Assembly (NCBI GenBank): GCA_029555965.1
Contig: JAKQHY010000109.1
Coordinates: 862-64,861, forward strand
Source of the DNA: Chloroflexota bacterium
GTDB taxonomy: Bacteria > Chloroflexota > Anaerolineae > B4-G1 > SLSP01
Direction of reading: 5' to 3'
DNA: 64,000 nucleotides
Below the pieces are notes generated by a model that saw nothing but the letters and a program-made list of their open reading frames with translations, made no database searches and was not told the origin of the DNA. A program made the translations under genes and the position numbers. Positions 48,883 through 57,595 of the stretch are shown one piece after another (within the stretch, counting starts at the first letter, position 1; every line of letters starts with the position of its first letter).

Positions 48883-50232
48883 ATGGACAAGCAAAAGGCT
48901 CCACTATCGGCAGAGGAAAAGCTGGAAGCAGCGTTTCAAAGATTGCTTTCACCGAAAGACCCGGCGGGGAACGACCTCCAATTCCAGAGCGCGGAGGCCA
49001 AGGCCAACTACCAGGCCAGCATCACCCGGATCAAAGATGCCATCCAGTTGCGGGAACCGGATCGGGTGCCGGTCACGGTGCTGCCGAGCATGTTTCCCTA
49101 TCTGAATGCCGGGATGACCGTCGAGGAGGCCATGTACGATTATGAAAAATGCACCACGGCCTTCAAAAAATTCGTCCTGGAGTACCGGCCGGATATGCAC
49201 ATCGGCGCGTCGGCGCCGGGGCCGGGCAAATTCTACGAACTGCTCGACTACAAACTGTATTCCTGGCCGGGCCACGGCGTCGCGCCGGAGCATTGCTACC
49301 AGTGCAACGAGGCGGAATATATGAAGGCAGACGAGTACGATCTGCTGATCAGCGATCCGTCGTTCTATTTCAGGAATTTCTACCTGCCACGTATCGGCGG
49401 CGCCTTCGAGGGCTTTAAGATGCTCGCGCCGTTTACCAGCATCCTGGAGATGTACGGGTTGGCCTTCAACTTCGTTCCCTTCGCGCTGCCTCCCGTGCAG
49501 GCCAGCTTCCAGAAGTTGTTTGAGGCCGGGGCCGAAGCCCTGAGATGGGTCATGGCGATGGGCGCCAGCGATGGCGCATTGACCGCCATGGGCTTCCCCA
49601 ACATCATCGGCGGGTTCACCAAAGCGCCGTTTGACGTCATCGGCGACACCCTGCGCGGCACCAAGGGGATCATGCTGGACATCTACCGCCGGCCCGACAA
49701 GCTGATTGCGGCCCTGGAACACCTGACGCCCATCATGATTGCGATGGGGGTGAGCGCGGCGCAGCAGACCGGCAATCCCCTGATCTTCATACCGCTGCAC
49801 AAGGGCGCCGACGGCTTCCTGTCCGACGAGCAGTTCAAGAAATTCTACTGGCCCACCCTCAAACAGGTGATGCTCGGCCTGATCGAGAACGGCTGCATCC
49901 CCTTCCCCGCGCTGGAAGGACACTGGGAATCGCGCCTGGACGTGATCCAGGACGTGCCACGGGCCACGACAGCGTGGATGGTGGATCAGAGCGACATGGT
50001 GAAGGTCAAGCAAACGTTGGGGCAGAACGCCTGTCTCATCGGCAACGTGTCCTCCTCCATGCTGAAATTGGGCACCCCGCAGGACGTGCGAGATTACGCT
50101 AAAATGCTGATTGACACGGTCGGCAAAGGCGGCGGCTTCATCATGAGCAACGGCGCCTTCTTCGACGAAGCCAAACCGGAAAACGTCAAGGCGATGGTCG
50201 AATTCACCAGAGAATACGGCGTCTACAAATAG
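48883..50232 (+). CDS. Uroporphyrinogen decarboxylase-family protein (probable MT1-type substrate:corrinoid methyltransferase)
   Basis: EPDRVPV, APFDVIGDTLRG, FKKFYWPTLK, CLIGNV, GGGFIMS, AKPENVKAM; 2 nt behind the corrinoid gene. Confidence 0.85.
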   Translation: MDKQKAPLSAEEKLEAAFQRLLSPKDPAGNDLQFQSAEAKANYQASITRIKDAIQLREPDRVPVTVLPSMFPYLNAGMTVEEAMYDYEKCTTAFKKFVLEYRPDMHIGASAPGPGKFYELLDYKLYSWPGHGVAPEHCYQCNEAEYMKADEYDLLISDPSFYFRNFYLPRIGGAFEGFKMLAPFTSILEMYGLAFNFVPFALPPVQASFQKLFEAGAEALRWVMAMGASDGALTAMGFPNIIGGFTKAPFDVIGDTLRGTKGIMLDIYRRPDKLIAALEHLTPIMIAMGVSAAQQTGNPLIFIPLHKGADGFLSDEQFKKFYWPTLKQVMLGLIENGCIPFPALEGHWESRLDVIQDVPRATTAWMVDQSDMVKVKQTLGQNACLIGNVSSSMLKLGTPQDVRDYAKMLIDTVGKGGGFIMSNGAFFDEAKPENVKAMVEFTREYGVYK

Positions 50233-50298
50233 ACATCCGATGGAGGAATGGCTTTCGCCGGTGGACAGCGTCCACCGGCGAAAGCCATCTACAGACCC

Positions 50299-50925
50299 AT
50301 GCGCATCTACTTTACCCGCCACGGCGAGAGCCAGGCAAATCTGCTGCACGAAATCTCCAACCGGGGGCTGCGGCACGGGCTGACCCGCCAGGGCCGGGAA
50401 CAGGCTGAGGCGCTGGCCCGGCGGCTGAAAGGCCGCCCCATCGCCCGCGTCTACGCCAGCCCGGTGCTGCGCGCCATCGAAACCGGCATCCTCCTGGCCC
50501 ACCGGCTGGACGTGGAGTACGAAATCACCGACGCCTTGCGGGAATACGACTGCGGCATGTTCGAGGGGCGCTCGGACGAGGCCGCCTGGCAGGGGTGGCA
50601 AACCCTGTTCGACGCCTGGGTCCTCCATCACCGGTGGGAGCAGCGGCTTGAGGGCGGCGAGAGCTTCTACGACATCCGGGCGCGGTTTGAGCCGTTCATC
50701 GAGGGGCTGGTCAGGCAGTATGGGGAGAGCGACGCGGAAGTGGTGTGCGTGGCGCACGGCGGCCTGTACTGGATGATGCTGCCGCTCGTGCTGAAGAACG
50801 TGGACGCGGCGCTGATTGCGCAGTACGGACTCGACTACACCACGTGCATCGTGGCGGAAGCGTATCCGGCGGGCCTGTTCTGCGTGGAATGGAACGGGCG
50901 TCCGGTGGCCGCGCCTAAAGATTGA
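50299..50925 (+). CDS. Histidine phosphatase family protein
   Basis: RHGES, ASPVLRAIET, LREYDCG, GGES, VAHGG. Confidence 0.9.
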   Translation: MRIYFTRHGESQANLLHEISNRGLRHGLTRQGREQAEALARRLKGRPIARVYASPVLRAIETGILLAHRLDVEYEITDALREYDCGMFEGRSDEAAWQGWQTLFDAWVLHHRWEQRLEGGESFYDIRARFEPFIEGLVRQYGESDAEVVCVAHGGLYWMMLPLVLKNVDAALIAQYGLDYTTCIVAEAYPAGLFCVEWNGRPVAAPKD

Positions 50926-52000
50926 TCACTGCGAGGAAGTCGCGGTTGGTGGGGTACTGCGCCAACAGGTCTCCGAGTTGGCGGAGCGCCCGGCGGGGCG
51001 AGCGTTCTGCCAGCGCCCGGCGCACTTTGGCGATGCGCCGCGCGTCCTCCGGTGTATAGAGGCGCTGCTCCTTGCGCGTGCCGCTGGCCCGCACATCCAG
51101 CGCCGGAAATAGCCCTTCCTCGGCCAGTTCCCGGCTGAGGACGATTTCACAGTTCCCCGTGCTTTTGAATTCCTCGTAGATCACCTGATCCATCCGCGAG
51201 CCGGTATCCACCAGCAGCGTCGCCAGGAGCGTGACCGATCCGCCGCCCTCGACGGCGCGCGCCAGCCCGAAGAACCGCCGCGGCAGTTCCAGCGCGCCCG
51301 CGTCGAGGCCGCCGGAGAGCGTGCGCCCGCCGCCGGTGCCGGCTCCCCGGCGATTGACGGCGCGCACCAGCCGCGTGAGGCTGTCCACCAGCACCACCAC
51401 ATCGTGGCCACATTCCAGCTCAACGCGGATGTGGGCCAGCATCAACTCCGCCAGGGCGACATGCTCTGCCGGGCTTTGGTCGCTGGAACTGGCGTAGACC
51501 TCAGCCTGGGCGGTGCGGCGGAAGTGAGTGACTTCCTCCGGGCGCTCGTCAATGAGAAGCACGAGAATCCGCGCCTCCGGGGACACGGTGCGGATGCCCT
51601 GCGCGATCTGTTCCAGCAGCAGCGTCTTACCCGCCTTGGCCGGCGCCACGATCAACCCGCGCGCGCCCTTGCCGATGGGCGCCAGCAGGTCAATGAGACG
51701 CAGGCTTATCACCGGGCTGGCGCCGAAGTCAAAGCGCTCGTGGGGGTCTATGGCTTGCAGTTGCTCAAAGGGCGTGCGCTGCCGGAAAGCCGCCGGCGTC
51801 AGGCCGCAGATCGTGGTTACAGAGGTCAGCGTTTGCCCCGCCGCATCCAGGTCGCCGGCGATAAGCGCGCCCGGAACCAGGCCATACTCGCCGACCAGCC
51901 GGGCCGGGACGCGCGCCACGACCTGCTGCCGCGCTGTTTCGAGCAGCACGCCGGCGCCGCGCGCCGTGCTTTTGAAAATACCTTTAACCGTTTCTGTCAT
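50915..52000 (-). CDS. rho: Short-form transcription termination factor Rho homologue
   Basis: PIGKGARGLIVAPAKAGKT, LLIDERPEEVT, VDSLTRL, LSGGLD, FFGLAR, LVDTGSRMD..IYEEFKSTGN, SGTRKE. N-terminal region shortened and divergent. ATG at 52000 follows GGAG. Confidence 0.88.
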   Translation of the reverse strand: MTETVKGIFKSTARGAGVLLETARQQVVARVPARLVGEYGLVPGALIAGDLDAAGQTLTSVTTICGLTPAAFRQRTPFEQLQAIDPHERFDFGASPVISLRLIDLLAPIGKGARGLIVAPAKAGKTLLLEQIAQGIRTVSPEARILVLLIDERPEEVTHFRRTAQAEVYASSSDQSPAEHVALAELMLAHIRVELECGHDVVVLVDSLTRLVRAVNRRGAGTGGGRTLSGGLDAGALELPRRFFGLARAVEGGGSVTLLATLLVDTGSRMDQVIYEEFKSTGNCEIVLSRELAEEGLFPALDVRASGTRKEQRLYTPEDARRIAKVRRALAERSPRRALRQLGDLLAQYPTNRDFLAVINL

Positions 52001-52060
52001 TCTTTTCTCCAATACCCTGGTGCGCGCCGCAGGCCGTTGTGCGTTGACATCGTCGCGCGC

Positions 52061-54148
52061 TCACTTTGCCGGCGTCAAAGACAGCGACGCAGTGTCCATC
52101 TTCACGTCACAATGGGCGACGACAAACGCCCAACGATCCGCTGCCTCTTCGATGATCTTGGCGGTGGGCTTGCCCATGCCGTGTCCGGCCTTGGTCTCGA
52201 TGCGAATCAGCACCGGCGCGTCGCCGGCCTGGGCGTGTTGGAGCGCCGCCGCGAATTTGAAGCTGTGCGCCGGAAAAACGCGGTCGTCGTGGTCGGCGGT
52301 GGTAATCAGCGTCGGCGGGTAGTGTACGCCGACCTTGACGTTGTGATAGGGCGAATAGGCCAGCAAAGCCTGGAAATCGGTCGCGTCGTCCGGCGAACCG
52401 TAGTCTGAAGTCCACGCCCAACCGATGGTCCATTGATGGAAGCGCAGCATGTCGAGCACGCCGACTGCGGGCAGGCACGCGCCGTACAGATCCGGCCGTT
52501 GGGTGAGGCACGCGCCCACGAGCAGCCCGCCGTTGCTCCCGCCGCCGATGGCTAATCTGGGCGTGCTGGTATAGCCGTTGGCGATCAACCACTCCGCCGC
52601 CGCGATGAAATCGTCGAAGACGTTTTGCTTGTTGATCAGCCGCCCGTCATCGTGCCACACCTTGCCGTATTCGCCGCCGCCGCGCAGGTTGGCCTGGGCA
52701 TAGACGCCGCCCAACTCCATCCACACCAGAAGGGTCGCCGAGAAAGCGGGCAGCATGGGGATGTTGAACCCGCCATAGCCGTACAGGAAAGTCGGCGTGT
52801 CGGAGCTGGGCTTCACGTCTCTGCGATGCGTGATGAACATCGGCACGCGCGTGCCGTCCTTGCTGGCGTAGAAGACCTGTTCGGTGACGTAATCCGTCGG
52901 GTCGAAGCCGACTTGGGGGCAGCGGAAGACGGCGCTTTCGCCGCCGGAGAGCGTGGCGCGGTAAATCGTTCCCGGTGTGGTGAAACTGGTGAACGGGTAG
53001 AAAATCTCGTCGTCCGCGCGCCGCCCGCTGCATCCCGCCACCTGACCGAGTCCCGGCAGCGCGATCTCGCGGACAAGCCGTCCTTCTTTGTCCAACACAC
53101 GCATCTCGCTGTGCGCGTCGTGCATGGTGATGGCGACAAACCAGTCCTGCACCAGCGTTACACTTTGCAGCGCGTCGTCCGATTCGGGCACGATTTCGCG
53201 CCAGGCCGTGCGTTCCGGTTGGCGGATGTCAATGGCGATGACGCGCTCCTTGGGCGCGTCGAGATCGGTCCGAAAATAGAAGAGCGGGCCATCGTTGCCC
53301 AAAAAGCCGTACGCGGCGTCGAAGGTGTTCAGCAACTCGATCACCGGCGCGGTCGCGTCCTGCAAATCCCGGTAAAAGACGCCGTTTTCGCGGTTGGTTC
53401 CCAGCCAGACGGTGATGATGAGGTAGCGGCCATCCTCGGTCACATCGCCGCCAAATCCCCACTCTTTCTGATCGGGCCGTTCGTAGACCAGCGCGTCATC
53501 GGCCTGCGGCGTGCCCAGGCGGTGGTAGTAAAGCTTGTGGAAGTAATTGGCGCTTTTGAAGGCTTCGCCTTCTTTGGGCGCGTCGTAGCGGCCGTAGAAA
53601 AAACCGGCGTTATCCTTGGTCCACGCCGCGCCGGAGAATTTGCTCCATTCGACTAAATCCGCGCGGTCGCGCCCGGTGTCCACCTCGCGCACGCGCCAGG
53701 TCAGCCAGTCCGAGCCGGACGCTGACAGCGCGTAGGCCAGCAGCCGCCCGTCATCGCTGATGGCCCAGTTGGTCAGCGCCACCGTGCCGTCCTCCGAAAG
53801 TCCATTGGGATCGAGCAAGGCCTGCGGTTCGGCGTCCAGAGCCTCCATCCAGTAAAGTACGGCCTGATTTTGTAACCCCGTCTGCTGGGTGAAGAAGTAG
53901 CGCCCACCGTGCTTGTACGGCGTGCCGAACTTGTCGTAGTCCCACAGTTGGGTCAGCCGTTGGCGGATTTTCTCGCGGGCTGGGAGTTGCTCCAGGTACG
54001 CGAAAGTGAGCTGGTTTTCGGCTTCAACCCACTGGCGGGTCTGCTCGGAATCCAGATCTTCTAGCCAGCGGTAGGGATCGGGCACGGCGACGCCGTGTAG
54101 CACGTCAACGTGGGAGGTGCGTTCAGCAGGGGGGTACGTGAAGGCCAT
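52061..54148 (-). CDS. Prolyl oligopeptidase (S9A)
   Basis: VPDPYRWLED, YGYGGF, GGSNGG, DHDDRV, KAGHG. ATG at 54148 follows AAGGAG. Confidence 0.96.
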   Translation of the reverse strand: MAFTYPPAERTSHVDVLHGVAVPDPYRWLEDLDSEQTRQWVEAENQLTFAYLEQLPAREKIRQRLTQLWDYDKFGTPYKHGGRYFFTQQTGLQNQAVLYWMEALDAEPQALLDPNGLSEDGTVALTNWAISDDGRLLAYALSASGSDWLTWRVREVDTGRDRADLVEWSKFSGAAWTKDNAGFFYGRYDAPKEGEAFKSANYFHKLYYHRLGTPQADDALVYERPDQKEWGFGGDVTEDGRYLIITVWLGTNRENGVFYRDLQDATAPVIELLNTFDAAYGFLGNDGPLFYFRTDLDAPKERVIAIDIRQPERTAWREIVPESDDALQSVTLVQDWFVAITMHDAHSEMRVLDKEGRLVREIALPGLGQVAGCSGRRADDEIFYPFTSFTTPGTIYRATLSGGESAVFRCPQVGFDPTDYVTEQVFYASKDGTRVPMFITHRRDVKPSSDTPTFLYGYGGFNIPMLPAFSATLLVWMELGGVYAQANLRGGGEYGKVWHDDGRLINKQNVFDDFIAAAEWLIANGYTSTPRLAIGGGSNGGLLVGACLTQRPDLYGACLPAVGVLDMLRFHQWTIGWAWTSDYGSPDDATDFQALLAYSPYHNVKVGVHYPPTLITTADHDDRVFPAHSFKFAAALQHAQAGDAPVLIRIETKAGHGMGKPTAKIIEEAADRWAFVVAHCDVKMDTASLSLTPAK

Positions 54149-54261
54149 CTTGGGTTCTCCTTTTTCATTTGGGGCTTCAAAGAGCCTTGGGCCTTGAAGC
54201 TGGATTGTCCATTCAGTTGGGATAATAACTCGAAAAGAAGAACTCGTCAACGCTTACTTCC

Positions 54262-54289
54262 TTGACAACCACCGCCGCTCCGCCATAAT
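54262..54289 (+). promoter_or_regulatory. Putative sigma70 promoter of the flavodoxin gene
   Basis: TTGACA-16 nt-CATAAT. Confidence 0.55.
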
Positions 54290-54389
54290 CATGGTTGGAT
54301 GAAAAAAAACTTCTCAACGGAATTTAACGGACATCTTTCCGTTTAATCCGGTCAATCCGTCGAGGCCATTTTCCAGGAGTGGAGATCTA

Positions 54390-54854
54390 ATGAACATTAG
54401 TATCATTGTTTATTCCCAGAGCGGACACACTCTGAGTGTGGCCGCGCAGTTGCAGGAGACGTTGTCGGCGGACGGCCACGCTGTGACGTTGACGCAACTG
54501 GAGACGGTCGCGCCACTGCAAATGGGCGATACGACCGCCGAACTCAACACCATACCTGAGGTTGGTGCTTACGACGCCCTGGTGTTCGCCTGCCCGGTGC
54601 GCGGCGGGACGCCGGCGCCGCCGATGCGCGTCTTTTTGGAGCAGGTTGCTTCATTGGAGGGCAAAAAGGTCGCCTTGTTGGTGACGGGTTTTTTCCAGGC
54701 CAAGTGGGGCCGCGAGCAAACGCTCGCGCAGATGCGGGCGTTGTGCGACGCCAAGGGCGCGTCTGTCTGCGGGGTGGGGAGTGTGGGGTGGTCCAGCCTG
54801 CGCCGCAAGCAGCAGATCGCGCGGGCAATGGCTGATTTGCGTCAGGTGTTCTAA
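54390..54854 (+). CDS. Flavodoxin family protein
   Basis: IVYSQSGHT phosphate loop, YDALVFACPV, LEGKKVA. Confidence 0.85.
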   Translation: MNISIIVYSQSGHTLSVAAQLQETLSADGHAVTLTQLETVAPLQMGDTTAELNTIPEVGAYDALVFACPVRGGTPAPPMRVFLEQVASLEGKKVALLVTGFFQAKWGREQTLAQMRALCDAKGASVCGVGSVGWSSLRRKQQIARAMADLRQVF

Positions 54855-54858
54855 CTAA

Positions 54859-55032
54859 GAACCTATCCGAAAATTATAGCGGCGTTGGGCCGCTGCGCCG
54901 GGTCTTGCGGCTAAATCCGCTTTCAGGAAGGTATTTTTTCGTGGGCGGGCGTAGCCCGCCCACGAAAAAATACCCTTCAAACCGCGCCTTTAGGCGCAAA
55001 TCGTGGGCCAAAACGAATTTTCGGATAGATTC
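54859..55032. mobile_element. 174-bp MITE with GAACCTATCCGAAAATT ends and TAA target duplication (IS5-like ends)
   Basis: TIR GAACCTATCCGAAAATT / AATTTTCGGATAGATTC (1 mismatch); TAA on both sides; perfect 21-bp central stem at 54930-54974. Confidence 0.85.
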
Positions 55033-55142
55033 TAAGGCTGGGTGTAAGTTGCGCCACCTGCCGCCATCAGTCGGGAGTTTGGTGACAGGTTTCCCTGAAG
55101 ATGGTCAACCGGATAGGGCGTGTGGGGGAAATTATGTAAGAA

Positions 55143-55224
55143 AACTCCCAAACTTGAGAGGGGGGAATGTCCGCCAGCGCGCTAAACACGCTATCTCACT
55201 CTGGCCCTGCCAAGTTTGGGAGTT
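55143..55224. repeat. Small inverted-repeat element AACTCCCAAACTTG...CAAGTTTGGGAGTT
   Basis: Perfect 14-bp inverted repeat enclosing about 54 nt. Confidence 0.65.
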
Positions 55225-55276
55225 CAGAAGGCAACTTGTTCCGCTGTTGCGGACTGCGGTTGTCGTATTTGGCGCG

Positions 55277-55561
55277 CTATACGATGATAATCCCGTTATC
55301 CCCTTCGTAAGCGTCGGCTTCTGGGTCGTTGAACCAGACGTTCTGGGCGGCATTGTAGTAGCGGAAGGCATATCGCTGGCCTTTGGTCAACTCGATTGCC
55401 ACACTGTAGGTCCCATTGCTGCGTTTCTTCAGCGGATGGGCGGTTTTGTCCCAGTGGTTGAATTCTCCCACGACTGTGGCCTCGGCGTTGGGGGTGTCGG
55501 CGGGCAGCGCGAATGTCACCCGCACCTCATTGCTGTTACGTTTTCCTTGTCGGCTAATCAT
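55277..55561 (-). CDS. Isoamylase early-set / CBM48-like domain protein
   Basis: VRVTFALP, VVGEFNHWD, L..GQRYAFRY, WFNDPEAD. Confidence 0.85.
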   Translation of the reverse strand: MISRQGKRNSNEVRVTFALPADTPNAEATVVGEFNHWDKTAHPLKKRSNGTYSVAIELTKGQRYAFRYYNAAQNVWFNDPEADAYEGDNGIIIV

Positions 55562-55734
55562 GTTCCTCTCCTTGTTTTTAATTTATTGATCGATCCCGGT
55601 GAAGCGTTAGAAGCCCCCTTTTCACCGGCATCCGGCCCATTCCCCGTGAGCTGGACAGAGAAAGTATACCATAGCTTGACCACATGTGAATATCACTAGC
55701 TTCGCCCGCGACTGCCGCGCCGCAAGGGCGCGCG

Positions 55735-56106
55735 TTAGCCCCATTTAGATGCGCCGAATTCATCGGCTACTTCGTAGGCCAGGCCCAACTCCGCGCGCAG
55801 TTGTTGCAGCAGCGCCCGCGCGGCCCAGTTGAAGCGCGCACATTCTTCCAGCGTCCATGGCGTTGGCCCGGCGGGATTGTCCCAATTGAGCGAGGTATCG
55901 TACCACGCCACCAGCCGTTCCACCTCCTGGCGTGTTTCAGGTGGCAGCGGCAGTTGTTCCGGTGTGATCGCAATGCCGTAAGCGGCGCGGGCCGCGTCGT
56001 TGCCGCTCCACAGGCACACCCCCGACCCGGCATCGAAGAAATAGCGCAGCCGGTAGCACGCTGTATCATGTTGTTGACTTGGGCTAGTTGTTGTCAAAGG
56101 TATCAA
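55735..56106 (-). CDS. Hypothetical protein (FFDAGSGVCLW motif)
   Basis: Protein-like composition: YRLRYFFDAGSGVCLWSGNDAA...WYDTSLNWDNP...LRAELG; last gene of the co-oriented array. Start uncertain. Confidence 0.7.
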   Translation of the reverse strand: MIPLTTTSPSQQHDTACYRLRYFFDAGSGVCLWSGNDAARAAYGIAITPEQLPLPPETRQEVERLVAWYDTSLNWDNPAGPTPWTLEECARFNWAARALLQQLRAELGLAYEVADEFGASKWG

Positions 56107-56440
56107 TCACCTGCACGGACCCTGATCGGATATGCCATTCAACGGTCGGCATACAACCGTTATCGAATGCAAGAATGGTGCCCTCTGAAATAAATCTGGC
56201 TATAAACATAAAAGGTGAGGGGACTGTATAAGGCGTTACATCATCCTCCAGAATCAGTCCGCCCCAATTTCCTTCTTGATCTGATAGCGGCGTAAAACCA
56301 TCGCGTCTTAAATCATCGAGCAAATTTCCACCATAGGTTTGGGAGGCCAACTCGATCGAGCCGGCATCGAGAATACAATTTTGACGACCGGGTGAATGTA
56401 CGTCTACAAGAATCCAGGAGCCGCCTTCTTCAGGTAACAT
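56084..56440 (-). CDS. Hypothetical protein (lower GC)
   Basis: ATG follows a strong GAGGAGG RBS; acidic 118-aa product. Confidence 0.6.
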   Translation of the reverse strand: MLPEEGGSWILVDVHSPGRQNCILDAGSIELASQTYGGNLLDDLRRDGFTPLSDQEGNWGGLILEDDVTPYTVPSPFMFIARFISEGTILAFDNGCMPTVEWHIRSGSVQVIDTFDNN

Positions 56441-56449
56441 AAAGCCTCC

Positions 56450-56641
56450 TCAACCTGCCGGCAGGCGACGGTGATGAACCGGAAAAATAGCCGGGTAATC
56501 GTGCAGCGTGTCGAGCGCAGACGCATCGAGAAATTCGCCGCTGCCCGAATCCACCACATAGCACCACGTTTCGTCCTCGGCGTATTGCCACAGCCTGGCT
56601 TCCGAGGTGAGGGCGCTGTCCGGCGGCAGGGCGTTTTCCCA
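56450..56641 (-). pseudogene. Start-less 3' gene fragment (WENALPPDS...WCYVVDSGSGEFLDA...RLPAG*)
   Basis: 64 codons including the stop, with GC-rich third positions, directly after the TGA-TAA of the upstream gene and in the same frame; no start codon or RBS. Confidence 0.5.
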
Positions 56642-56644
56642 TTA

Positions 56645-57124
56645 TCAGGAAGTTCTTTTTAGCGCCATGATCTCTTTTGCGGACAAGGGCGCTGGTGGAA
56701 TAGGGCCGATGTCGAACACATCTTCGTCCGGATACTTTTCCTGCACGCGATAAAACGCGCCATCAGGTGTAACCAGGAGCCAGTCGCTTGTATTGGACCC
56801 CGGCGGATAGGGATCGTAGGCGGCGATTATCAGCTCGGATGACAAGGCTTTGGCAAGGGCCGCGCCCAGGTCCAGGATTGAATTCTTGTACAGATATTTT
56901 CCCCAGTAGCGGGTTATCATGTGGATGGTCAGGTAAAGTTCGTATCCTTCTGCCTGAACTTCATACTCATAGTATAACGTCGCCTCGCTGTCGTCCATAC
57001 TTATTGCGGCGTATTCGCGGATGTGGGATACCTCTATGCCCAATATGCGACTCAGCGCCAACCTGGCAGATTCCAGTGGTACGGCAGTTCGGAAAATGAA
57101 TTGATATTCATTCTGATATGCCAT
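56645..57124 (-). CDS. Hypothetical acidic, Tyr-rich protein (immunity-like)
   Basis: ATG follows AAAGGA; 159 aa; SDWLLVTPDG motif. Function inferred from context only. Confidence 0.7.
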   Translation of the reverse strand: MAYQNEYQFIFRTAVPLESARLALSRILGIEVSHIREYAAISMDDSEATLYYEYEVQAEGYELYLTIHMITRYWGKYLYKNSILDLGAALAKALSSELIIAAYDPYPPGSNTSDWLLVTPDGAFYRVQEKYPDEDVFDIGPIPPAPLSAKEIMALKRTS

Positions 57125-57136
57125 TGGGTTCCTTTT

Positions 57137-57514
57137 TCACTTAAGGTCGGGGCGAAGCGCGATGTAAAAAACGCCATCAATGGCGCGTGCGACGCGATCC
57201 ACTGCGTCTGCGATGGACTGCCCCGGACGTAGCCGGCAGGCAATGCCCGGATGACCGCCGGGCGGAGCCTCGACCAGCTCAACCTGGAGTTCGTCGAACA
57301 GCTTGCGAATCGCGGCCAGATCGAGCGTTTCCACCGGGACATAGGTCGCGTTGTGTTCCCGGTACAGATATTCAAAGGTCTGGTGGCCATCATCCACGCG
57401 AATCCCGTTGCCGTCGTCGGGGTGGATATACACGGTTTCCAGGTTCTCGCAGCGCACTTCAAGGGCGCGCGCTGTTCCACATTCCAAATCTGCGTCACCA
57501 CCAGGGTCGCTCAT
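57137..57514 (-). CDS. Hypothetical protein
   Basis: 125-aa ORF with genome-like codon usage, co-oriented and filling the gap; may be 5'-truncated. Confidence 0.55.
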   Translation of the reverse strand: MSDPGGDADLECGTARALEVRCENLETVYIHPDDGNGIRVDDGHQTFEYLYREHNATYVPVETLDLAAIRKLFDELQVELVEAPPGGHPGIACRLRPGQSIADAVDRVARAIDGVFYIALRPDLK

Positions 57515-57595
57515 TTAGGAGGCTCCGTTCTTTCTCTCACCAACCACTCGACAAGGTGAGTGTCATTACCCGCTCCGGCGCGCCCGGCAGGCAGG

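Noticed and set aside
54905-55699. 264-aa plus-strand ORF
   Set aside because: Starts inside a MITE and runs antisense across the CBM48-like gene; no protein-like features.
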